From the NCBI GenBank assembly GCA_977017645.1, contig OZ360236.1, positions 4,898,001-4,962,000 of the forward strand: a DNA stretch of 64,000 nucleotides. Direction: 5' to 3'. Of this stretch, positions 38,077 through 48,917 are shown piece after piece; the stretch's first letter is position 1, and each line of letters begins with the position of its first letter. The position numbers and the translations under genes are program-made. The notes below the pieces were generated by a model that worked only from the letters and a program-made list of their open reading frames with translations, searched no databases and was not told the DNA's origin. This stretch comes from Torpedo marmorata. Lineage: Eukaryota.

Positions 38077-38114
38077 CATATTCAAGGGATAATGCATATT
38101 CAAGGGATAATGCA
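38077..38114. repeat. Tandem duplication, 18-bp unit x2
   Basis: catattcaagggataatg repeated at 38077 and 38095. Confidence 0.9.
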
Positions 38115-38190
38115 CATATTGTAGCAACATCGACTGCATTTAAAGACCACGTGTGAAGTTGTCTCATTTGCTGACTTGTACATTTTTTAG

Positions 38191-38701
38191 GTAAAGTTCA
38201 ACTGTCAGACGATGAGCCATTGCCTAAGAGGCAAAAAGTGGGAGCCAGAAAATCAGAACCAAAACCAAGAACCAATGTGAAACAGCAGCAAGAACAATAC
38301 CAAGGAGCACTGACTGTTTCACCACCTCGAGAGCAGCCAGTTTTAACTCAAGAAGCGACACCTCTTTCCAGTGCATCAGAAGAGTCACCGATTGACGATG
38401 TAGTTATTACTACACAGCCCACTTCAAAATCTATCAGCAGTTCCTATGCATCACGAATCAATGATCTGACTAGAGCTGCTGAGGCCAACACACTATCCAG
38501 CCATAATACGTCGAGTTTCCCAAAGACTGTGTCGTCTTCATCCTCAACTCTGACTGTAATTTCTGGGACATTGAGAACTTCTGGTCTTAAAAAAATGGAA
38601 GAGGGGGTGCCAAAACCCATTTTGACACCTGCAGTTCCAAAATCTATACTCTCAAAGCCATCAGCGGCACCTGAGCAAAACTACACAGTATCAAGAGTAA
38701 G
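38191..38701 (+). CDS. DIDO1: DIDO1 exon, Ser/Thr/Pro-rich linker (GKVQLSDDEPLPKRQK...VPKSILSKPS)
   Basis: Acceptor ttttttag|GT with branch ctgac. Donor AG|gtgtgt chosen because phase 2 fits the acceptor at 43881; basic PKRQK motif present. Confidence 0.85.
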
Positions 38702-39119
38702 GTGTGTAAGGAGAAAACTGGTCTATTTATCGAGATATAACTGTCAGAATAATATGGCAAACTTGCCTTAATAATGCCACTGAAGTGTGAAGCTTTCAAT
38801 TCAGAAGCTTGTGGTGCATCTATTCATCTATGAGTTAACGTTTAATTCTCACTGGAGCATTTGGGCTACGTGCATTTTCAAAATGTGTGGATTGCCAATA
38901 CATAAAACGTCTGATGGATGCAACCATTGAGATTTAAAATGTATTTTAAAGTTCTAGATTTAAAATTGGGGCAGAAATTCCAATTGGCTTTACAGATTAC
39001 CTCAGTTAGTTTTCTATTCCACTTGTGCCAAGAATAGCTTGCTGTGGCTTCTCTCCTCCCCTACCTGAAATTCTCCCTGTTATAATTAAAAACTATAAAT
39101 TCAAAATTAAACCTTCAGA

Positions 39120-39877
39120 TTTTGGGAGATGTGAGTAAATGATGGAACATTTACAGTAACAAGGCACTAAGGAATGTTGATGAATAGAGGGACCTTGGTG
39201 TTCAAGTCCATAGTTCCTGGAAAGTGGCATGACAGGTAGATAGGATGGTGAAGAAGGCAGTTGATTAGTTGCCTTCATGGGTTGGGGCAAGAATATAAAT
39301 GTAGGGATATTGTATTGCAACTTTACAAAACAGTCATTGAGGATTGTGTGCCGTGGTCACCGTACTGTGGGAAGGATATTATTGCACACTTTTAGGTAAA
39401 GTTCAATTCTTAGATGATGAGCCAAAATTAATAGCCAGAAAATCAGAACCAAAACTGAGACCGTGAGGTGCTAGCAAGAACAAGGCCAAGGAACAGTGAC
39501 TGCTTCACCAGCCTGTTTAAACTCAAAAACTGACCCCTCTTTCCAATTCCTCAGTAAAATAATAAGAGGCATAGATAGGGTATTTGGTCAGAATCCTTTT
39601 CATAGTAGGGGGTATCAAAAACGAGGGCTTGGGTTTATGGTGACAGGAAGGGTTTTTAAAAGGGATCCTTACATTCTGGTTGATATCTGGGACTCTGCTG
39701 AAGAAGCAGGTGTAGATACAGTCAATACGTTTAACAGATATATCGACAGGCTTAAGGAGGCAAAGCCTGGAAGAGTACGGACCTGAAGTGGACAAATGGA
39801 ATTGGTGTACATGGGCAAAAAGGCCAGCATAGGCAAGATGGGTCGAAGCGCCCATTTCTCTGCTGCATGGCTCTGAC
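39120..39877 (+). mobile_element. CR1-like LINE remnant interrupted by the DIDO1 exon duplicate
   Basis: gagggaccttggtgttcaagtccatagttcc before 39385 and IIRGIDRV after 39555, then the CR1 tail. Confidence 0.75.
39385..39555 (+). pseudogene. Decayed partial duplicate of the DIDO1 acceptor and 5' part of exon 38191-38701
   Basis: ttttaggtaaagttcaa...gatgagcca...agccagaaaatcagaaccaaaac...agcaagaacaa...aactcaa...cctctttcca aligns to about 38180-38379 with indels. Confidence 0.9.
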
Positions 39878-40161
39878 TAGTTGTTAAAATTATTCAAATC
39901 GTGACGTGATTGTTCATTAGTGGGATAGTGTTGACATTGTTAAGGCAGAAAAAGGTTAAATATTAGATAGGATAAACATGGTAAAAGAAGAAATGTTAAG
40001 GAATTTAATATCCTTAAAACAAACAAATGGCAAGGCTTGGAGGAAACAAGTCTCCATTTGTTAAATGAGGCAAGCAATGAAATTGTGGCAGCCCTGATTG
40101 CAATTTTTAAATCCTGCCTGGTCACATAAGTAGGGTTGGAGGATGGAAGGACTGCAAATAA

Positions 40162-40367
40162 TTTTTTAATTTAGACATACTGCACGGTAACAGGCCCTTC
40201 CAGCCCACGAGCCCGTGCTGCCCAAATACATCACTTAACTTACAAACCCCGTACGTTTTGGAGGGTGGGAGGAAACCCAAGCAGACATGGGGAGAATGTA
40301 CAAACTCATTACAGACAGTGCCGGGTGGTCGCTGGCGCTGTAATAGCGTTGCGCTAACTGCCGCTGT
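40162..40367 (-). mobile_element. V-SINE/HE1-like SINE with internal deletions
   Basis: Matches 20072-20336 (agacatactgcacggtaacaggccc...gctggcgctgtaa). Confidence 0.8.
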
Positions 40368-40974
40368 GGCATTAATGTGCTGTTGCTTAAAAAAAATAGG
40401 ATAACCTAAGTAATTATGGGTCAGTTAACAGAGATCAAATTACTGTAAATCATCTGGAAAGGGAATGAGGAAAAACTTTCTCACCTGGAAGGTGATAGTG
40501 TTCGGACATTCAATTGCCAAAAAGTAGGAGTGGTAGAATCCTTCACCACATTTAAACTACACCGTGTGCACTTGAAGAACCGTATCTTGCAGGGCTACAG
40601 ATACGTGGTGGAAGATGGAATTGGGTTAAGTGACTGACTCAAACATGGTAAGATGGAGGGCCCCTGTGTGTACAGTTTTCTGTGATGATAGAATTGCAAG
40701 GTATTTAACCTGCTCAGCAAAATTAAAAGCTTCTTGCAGAGAGAATACTTGCTAGAAAGCACTGCGCTTAATTAAAAATGCAATGCAGTAACTGACCCTG
40801 GGAAGAGTGGAATTTTCTAATTCCCAAATCACATTACAGAGGGTTCCCACAAACATGGAGAAACAAGAGAAAATCTGGAAATCACCTTTTCACACATTCC
40901 TGACCTCAATGAAACAAACATTTTAGGCTTGGTGTCACTTATTGAAGCAGTTCTTCACCAAATGAGTATGAACA

Positions 40975-41362
40975 CTCAGAATCAGAATATATTGTCATGA
41001 ACATGACACAAAATTTGTTGTTTTGCGACAGCATTACAGGTGCAAAATTGCTATAAATTATATTATAAAAAAATAATTTGGAGCAATAGAAGAGAAAGTG
41101 AGGTAGTGTCTGTGGTTAATTGTGCATTCAGAAATCTGATGGCAGAGGGGAAGAAACTGTCCTTGTGCCGCTGGGTGTTCGTCTTCAGACTCCTGTACCT
41201 CCTTCCCTATAGTAGCAGTGAGAAAAGGGCATAGCCTGGGTGGTGAGGGTCCTTGCAGATAGAGGCTGCTTTCTTGAGTCACCGCCTCTTGTAGATGTCC
41301 TCGATGGAGTGAAGACTGATGCCCATGATGGTGCTGGCCGAGTTCACAACTCTCTGTAGTCT
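40975..41362 (-). mobile_element. Rex/Babar-like LINE 3' fragment (another family)
   Basis: Plus strand ctgatggcagaggggaagaaactgtcc...ctcctgtacctccttcc is the antisense of the LLPSGRRY...SF region; 3' end near tcagaatcagaat. Confidence 0.7.
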
Positions 41363-41364
41363 GC

Positions 41365-42110
41365 AGTCAAGTCACCTTTATTTGTCGTTCATTACCATAT
41401 ACACAGTAAAGACGAGATAGCGTTTCTCCAGGACCATGAGCAAACTTACATAAATAGCATAATACAATAAAAAACTATAACATGTTAATAAAGGTTAAAA
41501 AAAGGTAAAGGTTCCATTATTGTCACGTGATACTACATTTAGAATATAACATACATGAAATTCTTTAATTTTTGTCTACCGTAAGGCAGACAGAGGGTCG
41601 CTATTTTGTCCAGCGCCCCTCAGAAACCTACAGCACCTGGTGTTCCTTGGCAGTCTCCCTTCCAAGTACTGGCCAGTGCTGGGCCTGCTTAGCTTCCGAT
41701 ATCAGACACTCCCAGTCGTATTCAGGCTATTGGTGCTGTTACACATATATATCTAAAAATTGAGGAGCCTGATGGCTTGGGGAAAAAACTGTTGCACAAT
41801 CTTGACTTGTGGGCCCGAATGTTTCGGTACCTCCTTCCAGATGGCAGAAGGGAGAAAAGTTTACAAGAGGGGTGTGAGAAGTCCTTCACAATGTTATTTG
41901 CCTTTCGCATGCATCGCGTGTTGTAGATGTCCGTCATGGTGGGAAGAGAGACCCCAATAATTTTCTCCGCTGACTCCACTATCTGCAGGGTCTTTTGGTC
42001 CAAGATGGTACAGTTTCCAAACCAAGCGGTGATGCAATTGCTCAGAATACTCTCAATACATCCTCTGTAGAATGTAGTAAGGATGGTGTCAACAGACACC
42101 ACAAATTTAA
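41365..42110 (-). mobile_element. Rex1/Babar LINE 3' fragment (same family as 60879-62320), interrupted by a 5S-derived SINE
   Basis: ORF 41722-42156 [20 protein letters not shown]...LLPSGRRYR; 3' UTR nearly identical to 60879-61050. Confidence 0.9.
41491..41740 (-). mobile_element. 5S rRNA-derived SINE (SINE3-type)
   Basis: 41624-41740 on minus reads gcctgaa...gtctgatatcggaagctaagcagg...agtacttggaagggagactgcc...accaggtgctgtaggttt (5S-like with box A and C), then a roughly 130-bp tail ending in accttt repeats. Absent from the paralogous site near 61007. Confidence 0.85.
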
Positions 42111-43231
42111 GCCTGGACACCGTGTGGCACGCCTTAACTTGCTGCGGGCTGATCATATTGGTTTGGAGTGTCCATATTAATTTTGGTGAAGAACTGTTTC
42201 AAAAGTCATGCTTAAGGAAATGAGAAAATCATATATTGAGGCATAAAGGAGGAGATTAGAGGAGATGGGCAAAATGTAAAGAGTACGATGGAAAGTTAGG
42301 TGAGGAGGCAGAAGGCATTTTGCAAAGGCTGTTCAGAACAGCAAACTTGATATTATGTTGATAAAAATTATATTTACAGTGGAACATTGGTAAATAAATG
42401 TGGGAATAAGGATAGATTCATGAAGAACAAGTATGATGTGCTTGATCACTTTTCTGCACATTCTGGTACAGAAAGTGAGAATTAGCAGAGGTTATCTTAC
42501 AAAGCAGAAGTAACTGATCAATAGAACACAATGGTGGCAGAGGGAATCTTGTGGGGTAAATCTAAATATGTGGTCACTGCTTAAATGGGCATTCTTTTTA
42601 TTTTTAAGATATAAGCAAGTTTTTTTTTGTCCAAGAGGTCTTGAGTCTTTTGAACCCTCTTCCTTGAAGTGTGGATGAAAGAAGAGTTGAATAGTTTTTT
42701 TAGGCAGGGGTAGATGGGATCCTTCATAAGCAAGAAAGTGAAAGGTTACCATGGGTAAGTGGGAACGCGGGCTTATGGTTACATTTGGTCCAGCCACTGA
42801 ATGGTGACAAAGGTTCAAGGAAGCCAAGGGGCCTTCTCTGCTTCTAATCTCTATGTATTGGCTTGAGAGAATGTTACCAGTGATGACTCTTCTATGAATC
42901 AATACTGAGTAAACTTGCACCACAAAACTAACTAAAGAGATTGAGAGGACTTGAATTTAATCAAAAGCTAGGCAGAGAACTTCAGGTGAAGTTCAGTGTA
43001 AAATGCTTCAGATGGGGGCAAACATGCAGGAAAACACAGCTAGTATATGGGAAAGAAAATTATTTTCATGGAAAAATATATCCTGAATGACAATTAAATT
43101 GTGGCTTTCATTTCCATGCTTGATGAGAGTAAATAAAGGCAATTAGATAAAATCTACTTTAATGGGTGATATTGAATCAAAACAGTGCGTTAACCTGATG
43201 CTTTATAAATGATGCATCCAATTAAAGTATT

Positions 43232-43620
43232 CCCTGGAGCATAGAGAAATGAGGGGAGATTTCATAGAGGTATTTAAAATTATGAGGGGTATAGTCAAAG
43301 TAAATGTAGGTAAGCTTTTTTCCACTGAGGGTAGGTAAGATGATAACCAGAGGACATGGGTTAAGGGTGTAAGGGGAAAGGTTTAGAGGGAACATTAGGG
43401 GGAACTTCTTCGCACAGTGGTGGGAGTGTGGAACGAGCTGCCAGCTGAAGTGGTGAATGCGGGCTCAATTTTAATTTTTAAGAAGAATTTTGACAGGTAT
43501 ATGGATTGGAGGGGAATGGAGGGCTATGGACTGGGTGCAGGTCAGTGAGACTAGGTAAAATAATAGTTCAGCACAGACAAGAAGGACCGAAGGGCCTGTT
43601 TCTGTGCTGTATTGTTCTAA
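43232..43620 (+). mobile_element. CR1-like LINE 3' end (same family as 11537)
   Basis: gaggggagatttcatagaggtatttaaaattatgagggg...gtgtggaacgagctgcca...gggcctgtttctgtgctgta. Confidence 0.85.
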
Positions 43621-43881
43621 TATAAGAGTGGCTGTGGTGTCATGGCAGTATATAGAAAGATAATGACCAGAACAACCAAGAGGTTAGAGTGACTGGGTTT
43701 TAGGGGAGAAGCTTGGGCATGTCGTTACTCAAGAAAGAAAGTTTAAGAGGTGATCAAATTGTTTTTTTCTATTCTGGAGGTTCAGTGGACAAACTCTGTC
43801 ATCCATTAATTTCAAATGGGTAAAATATGAGGTGGAGTTGCTGCTGATTGAAGACGTTCTGACATATTTTTATATTAATAG

Positions 43882-44035
43882 GGTTTCAGAGTCAAAGGCT
43901 CAATTGGAAGTGGATACTTCATTGTTTCTCTCTCATCTGGATGCAATTTGGAAAGGATTCATCAATATGCATGGTGTTGCAAAGTTTGTTACTAAAGCCT
44001 ATCCAGTCTCTGGTTCGATTGACTATCTTATTGAG
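43882..44035 (+). CDS. DIDO1: DIDO1 exon, start of SPOC domain (IWKGFINMHGVAKFVTKAYPVSGS)
   Basis: Acceptor aatag|G, donor GAG|gtaaga. SPOC N-terminal WxG motif. Confidence 0.95.
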
Positions 44036-45264
44036 GTAAGAATATCTTTGCCCCACCATCTCTTTTTTACTATGTGTGCACATGCATCAGTCTATGCTCA
44101 CTGCTGTTTTTTAAGATACAATTGTAATTATTAAGCATATTGCAGAACTGGCTTGGGGAAAATCAGATTGTTTAAATGCAGGTGATTATTGAATGTATGT
44201 TTTAACCTCTTAATCAGTCCATCATGGGCTTGAGAAATTGAAAGGCTTTTTCTAGTATTCTCACAGGAGCCATTCTGAATTTAGAACTTGAAACCTGAAT
44301 TTCACCCTCATCATAAGCAAGTTGATGTTTGGTGTATCCAGGTTATATTTAGGACATGCAAGGTGTATTAAGTGAATGGGATGAAGGTACAGTTCGTGCA
44401 TCAAATTTAAATGTATATTTTTCAGTTGCCTCATTTGTTCTTTTGCTGTAAAGATGTGACAATGAACTCCAATTTTCCAAGCATTGATATTTGCAAGTAG
44501 TATATCAGAAGTTAGTTTAATTTTCTATTGGGGTTGAAATGGTTAAGCATTTTACATTTTAGTCTGAAGTGGTGCATCTTGATTTTCAAAGCATCCTGCA
44601 GGCTTTTTTAAAAGTAAAACCTGTCTTACAAAATTACTCAACTTGGAATGAAGAAAGAGACGGTTACTGACAATTTAAAAAGTAACTGAAAATAGTGGTC
44701 ACCCTGACTCGTTTTTTTTTTCCCATAGCTTCAAACTGGTTCTTCTCAATTCTGACACTGTTTTTGAAAAGCCTTCCTCTATTTTATAGCCATCAAGAAG
44801 CCAAATTTTATCTTCACTCACATCCCTGCTATCATCAATTTTGAGCGAATTTACTCAGTTTTCAAAATTTTGTGGAGTCTACCAGTATTCGGCCAGAAAC
44901 ATCAATTCTGAACCCTGAGGATTTAACACGGAGTGGCCCAGATGCAATAACTCCATGGCTGTACTACCAGGACCAAGGACACCTTTTTTAAAATCCATCT
45001 ATCAAGGCAATCTGCCTCTTTTCCTGTTGGAGTTTTCCACTAGCTGTCTCTTGCCTTGTGCAGGGGCATTAAGTCCTGGGATTCTGGTCATGGTTTTGAA
45101 AAGTTTCAATACAATGTCCATTCTTTGTATTCTAGCCCTGACTTGTAAAGGCAGATATGCAATTCGCTGTCTTCGCCACGCTATCCAGCTGTGTTGCCAC
45201 TTCCAGGGAACTATGGGCTTGAACCCTCAAGGTCCCTCAGTTTATCAACATTCATTAGTGCCCT

Positions 45265-45379
45265 GTGTCTTATCGTTATTTGTCTCAAGTGGTAATTCTG
45301 CCTGGCCCGCAAGAAAAAGAATCTCCGGGTTGTATGAGATGTCATGTATGTACTCTGACAATAAATCTGAACTTTGAAC
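45265..45379 (+). mobile_element. Short 3' tail of the 36918-type LINE
   Basis: ggtaattctgcc...gtcatgtatgtactctgacaataaatctgaac matches the reverse complement of about 36918-37005. Confidence 0.75.
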
Positions 45380-45539
45380 AAAATGCATCTCCCAAAATCG
45401 AAATAGTATTCAACAAAAGACCCATGTTAACAGATAAAAATCAGCCTCCAACTCTACTGACAGTTGAGAGCGAGTGATAAATTACTTATCTTTGTATGAT
45501 TTTTGGAGTAAATTCAGTTTTTTTTTGTTATCAATAAAA

Positions 45540-45647
45540 ATTTTTATTTAGACATACAGCACGTTAACAGGCCATTTCGGCCCACGAGTCCGTGCCGCCC
45601 AATTTACACCCAATTAACTTTCACCCCTGGTACGTTTCGAACGGTAC
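45540..45647 (-). mobile_element. V-SINE 3' fragment
   Basis: tttagacatacagcacgttaacaggccatttcggcccacgagtcc matches the family tail. Confidence 0.75.
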
Positions 45648-45717
45648 GTAACGAAATGGATGTTGCAGAAAGCAGTTGTCTTTTAAATATTATTATTTAA
45701 TTATCTTTCTGTTTTAG

Positions 45718-45807
45718 GATTTGCCTGACACAATTCACATCGGAGGCAGGATTTCACCCCATACAGTTTGGGATTATGTAGGAAAACTGAAGTCATCCCT
45801 CTCAAAG
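45718..45807 (+). CDS. DIDO1: DIDO1 exon, SPOC domain (DLPDTIHIGGRISPHTVWDYVGKLKSSLSK)
   Basis: Acceptor ctgttttag|GAT, donor AAG|gtattg. 90 nt, phase 0 to 0. Confidence 0.95.
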
Positions 45808-45950
45808 GTATTGCACATTTTAATCTTTGAAATAACTAGGATCTGTAATCTACTAAAACTGTGTTCTCCTAAAATTATGTACGCCATTTTACTGCATAAG
45901 CAGGGAGTTAATAATTTCTGAATGTAATTTATTTGGAAAAGTTTACAATA

Positions 45951-46288
45951 CAGGTCAAGTACCCTTATCCGAAATGCATGGGACCAGAAGTATTTTTGGA
46001 TTTTTTCAGATTTTGGAACACCATTTAAAAAATGCTCTCATTCACTCAGACTTAAAGATACATGCATTCACATTACAATACAAATATTTACATATGCACA
46101 AATTACCTGAAGTAGACATATATTGAAAAATCTACACTCAATAATGCACTACTTACGTCCGCTAGGTCCCGTTCTCCGATCGGGATTTCTGAACTCTATT
46201 ACGTATTTCCTTATGTCCCACAGACGAAAAAAGTTTTGGAATTTGGATCATTTCAGATTTCGGGTATTCGGATAAGGGGTACTCAACC
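45951..46288. mobile_element. Tigger4/MER46-like MITE
   Basis: TA|CAGGTCAAGTACCCTTATCCGAAATGC at the left, TTCGGATAAGGGGTACTCAACC at the right (last TIR bases lost). Confidence 0.8.
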
Positions 46289-46984
46289 ATTTCACTTTTC
46301 AATGAAAGTAACACTTATTCAGATTTTTCAGCTCTTGCAAAAAGCATTCATTCAACAATGTGTGGATCACTCCCTTCTGGCAGGCATGAAGAGCAAGCAG
46401 GACACTGATCTCTTTCAACATTGATGTATAGATGTGTGACTGTGGAAGCATGGTACTGTTTTGCGTGGCTGGGGGGATAGTGTGCTTAAGGGGTCAAGCT
46501 GCTGGTGATGCTACCATGCAAAGATTCCATAACATAATTATTTATCCTGCAGCAATAACTGTGTTCAATTATTTTCAGTGACTGGACTACTACACTTTCC
46601 TGACAGATAGATACTTGTTGGCACAGCATGCACAACCAAGCAGTGAAATTTCTGAATCTGTATCTCAATATTTCCTCCTCTCTGCTTTGCAGCCTAATTG
46701 TTTTCCTTCCCAGTGCTAACATTTGTCACATTTTCATTAGGAAACGTTGCTAGAATTAAATATTTCCATTTTCTACTAGGCACAAAATGAATATTTGAAC
46801 CGAAGTTCAAGATCAGCATCTTTAATCACATCTTTAACAAAGTTTTTTTTTAAAAAGCCCCAAAGTACTTCACGGCAGAGTCAGCAAGCAATACAAGGAG
46901 AATGTGACCAGGAGCATTTTTAATTTGATTTGAACTAGAGTTTTAAGGAAGAAACTCAAGAACTGGGGATTGGGAAGTGTTCAT

Positions 46985-47241
46985 TTAATTTTCTTTTAAA
47001 TTTAGACATAACGCACGGTAACAGGCCCTTCCGGCCCACAAGCCCGTGCCACCCAAGTACCCCAATTAACCTACAACCCCTGTATGTTTTGGGGGGTGGG
47101 AGGAAACCGGTGCACCCGGAGGAAACCCACACAGACACGGGGAGAGAATACAAACTCCTTACAGGCGGCGTCGGATTCGAACCCGGGTCACTGGCACTGT
47201 ATTAGCCTTGTACTAACTGCTACACTAACTGTGCCACCGTG
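46985..47241 (-). mobile_element. V-SINE/HE1-like SINE, full length
   Basis: Same family as 20072-20336; B box ggttcgaatcc. Confidence 0.85.
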
Positions 47242-48721
47242 TGGAGATGATCAAGAGGTCAGAATTATGGAGGGAAGAGATTTGAGGGATGTGGAGCCAG
47301 AAGAGATTGCTGAAGAGGAAAGTTGAGGTTGTGGAAGGATTTGGAAAAAAATTGAAACTTAAATCGAGTCAGCGTTCAATTGTAAGATGATATACCATGC
47401 ATACGGGTAACAGATCAACAGGACTCGATGTGAGTTAGGATGGAGATGCAGATTATTGTCCTACCTCAAGTTGATGAAAGGTAAAGCTAACAAGTAGAGC
47501 AAGATGTTGATTGGTCTGAAGATATTCAAGGTATGGATAAAGGTATCAACAGCAACTGAACTGAAACCTGGATGTCGATTATAATTCTGAGGCTTCTGTG
47601 TTTGGTGTAATTAACATATTATTGTGTGTAAATTCCATAAGGTTTATTTGTGAGTGGTATCAATAAAACAAAGTGAAAATGGTCTTGGATCCTTTAAAAG
47701 GTTAATTGTCATCCAATTAATCATCAAGAGTGAGAAAATGTATAGACCACTTTCATTAGATACAGTAGTTAAAAATGATGATTACATCATTGAGAGGTCA
47801 CGTATGAAATAATTATGTGCTGTTGGGATTTTGGATGATTTTAAAATAACTACTTGAATTTACATTTGTAGTGTATCCCAAAGCATTTCACAGAAGTTCC
47901 TCACATCTCAGTATCTTTATTGGCTTTTCAGTATTACCATTCTGTTAGCTTCACCTTTTCACGAGTTGAATGAAGCTACCTAGAACCAAATCAGCAATCA
48001 AGGTAGCTGATGTGATGCTGGCGCAAGAGCTCGTATAGTGCCACCCTCACCTAAGCTGATTGAAATGTGCAGGATCTGACACTTTGCAGCTTTATTACAT
48101 CTGCATAGTTGCTTAGAAGGCCACAGATTCTCATGAGCCTGCAACTATGATTAGTGATGCTCATTCAAGAAAAATATAGGGAGCCGCATAGGAGCTCTCC
48201 TGACATGGCATGGCTCACTCCCAAATTATGCATTTTTGAAGAGCACAATTGCTGAATCTTGCTCATGACCCTCCAAGAATGGAAAGGTGGGTCCTCGCTG
48301 GATCTGACCTACATTCAACTCCAAATCCACAGCAATGTGGTTACGCCTTAACTGATCTCTGGGGGGGAAAAAAGCAGTGCCTTGGAGGCCATGCAATTCA
48401 AGGGGCATTTGGGAATAGGCAATTAATATTGGCCTAGAAACAATGCTTCCTAGAATGGGTAAGTATTAACTGCAGAAGTGTTTGGTGAGGAACATTTTGG
48501 AAAGTAATGAATCTGAGGTGCAGTTCAGTCAAGAACTAATTGAATAGTGGATGAGGGGGCTGGCCTGAAGGAACCTTTCTGTTCTCATGACACAACATTC
48601 TGTGCATAAGCACTGGAAGTGGCAGTGGGGTGGGTAGGGAGTCATAGATATATAGCTACAGGTTGCAGCCTGGCTTGTGTTGAGTGATTTCTGCTTTGTT
48701 TTCTTTCTATGACAAATGCAG

Positions 48722-48917
48722 GAAGTCTGTCTCATTCGTTTTCACCCAGCCACGGAGGAGGAAGAGGTCACCTACATCTCGCTGTATTCCTACTTCAACA
48801 GTCGGGGGCGCTTTGGCGTGGTGGCAAATAACGCCAGGCACATCAAGGACCTCTATCTAATTCCGCTTGCTGCTCATGAACCGATTCCCTCCAAATTATT
48901 ACCTTTTGAGGGCCCAG
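48722..48917 (+). CDS. DIDO1: DIDO1 exon, SPOC domain (EVCLIRFHPATEEEEV...RGRFGVV...IKDLYLIPL...PFEGP)
   Basis: Acceptor atgcag|GAA, donor G|gtaaga. SPOC RxGV and KDLYLIP motifs; ends in phase 1. Confidence 0.95.

Noticed and set aside
41624-41740. 5S rRNA gene
   Set aside because: Diverged with a degenerate 5' end, fused to a retroposon tail and inserted in a LINE; treated as a SINE head.
16378-48917. Assignment to paralogs PHF3 or SPOCD1
   Set aside because: DHNYNAVKPEK, IRxNIRRSLKEIL and DLPDTIHIGGRI...VGKLKSS fit DIDO1 better.
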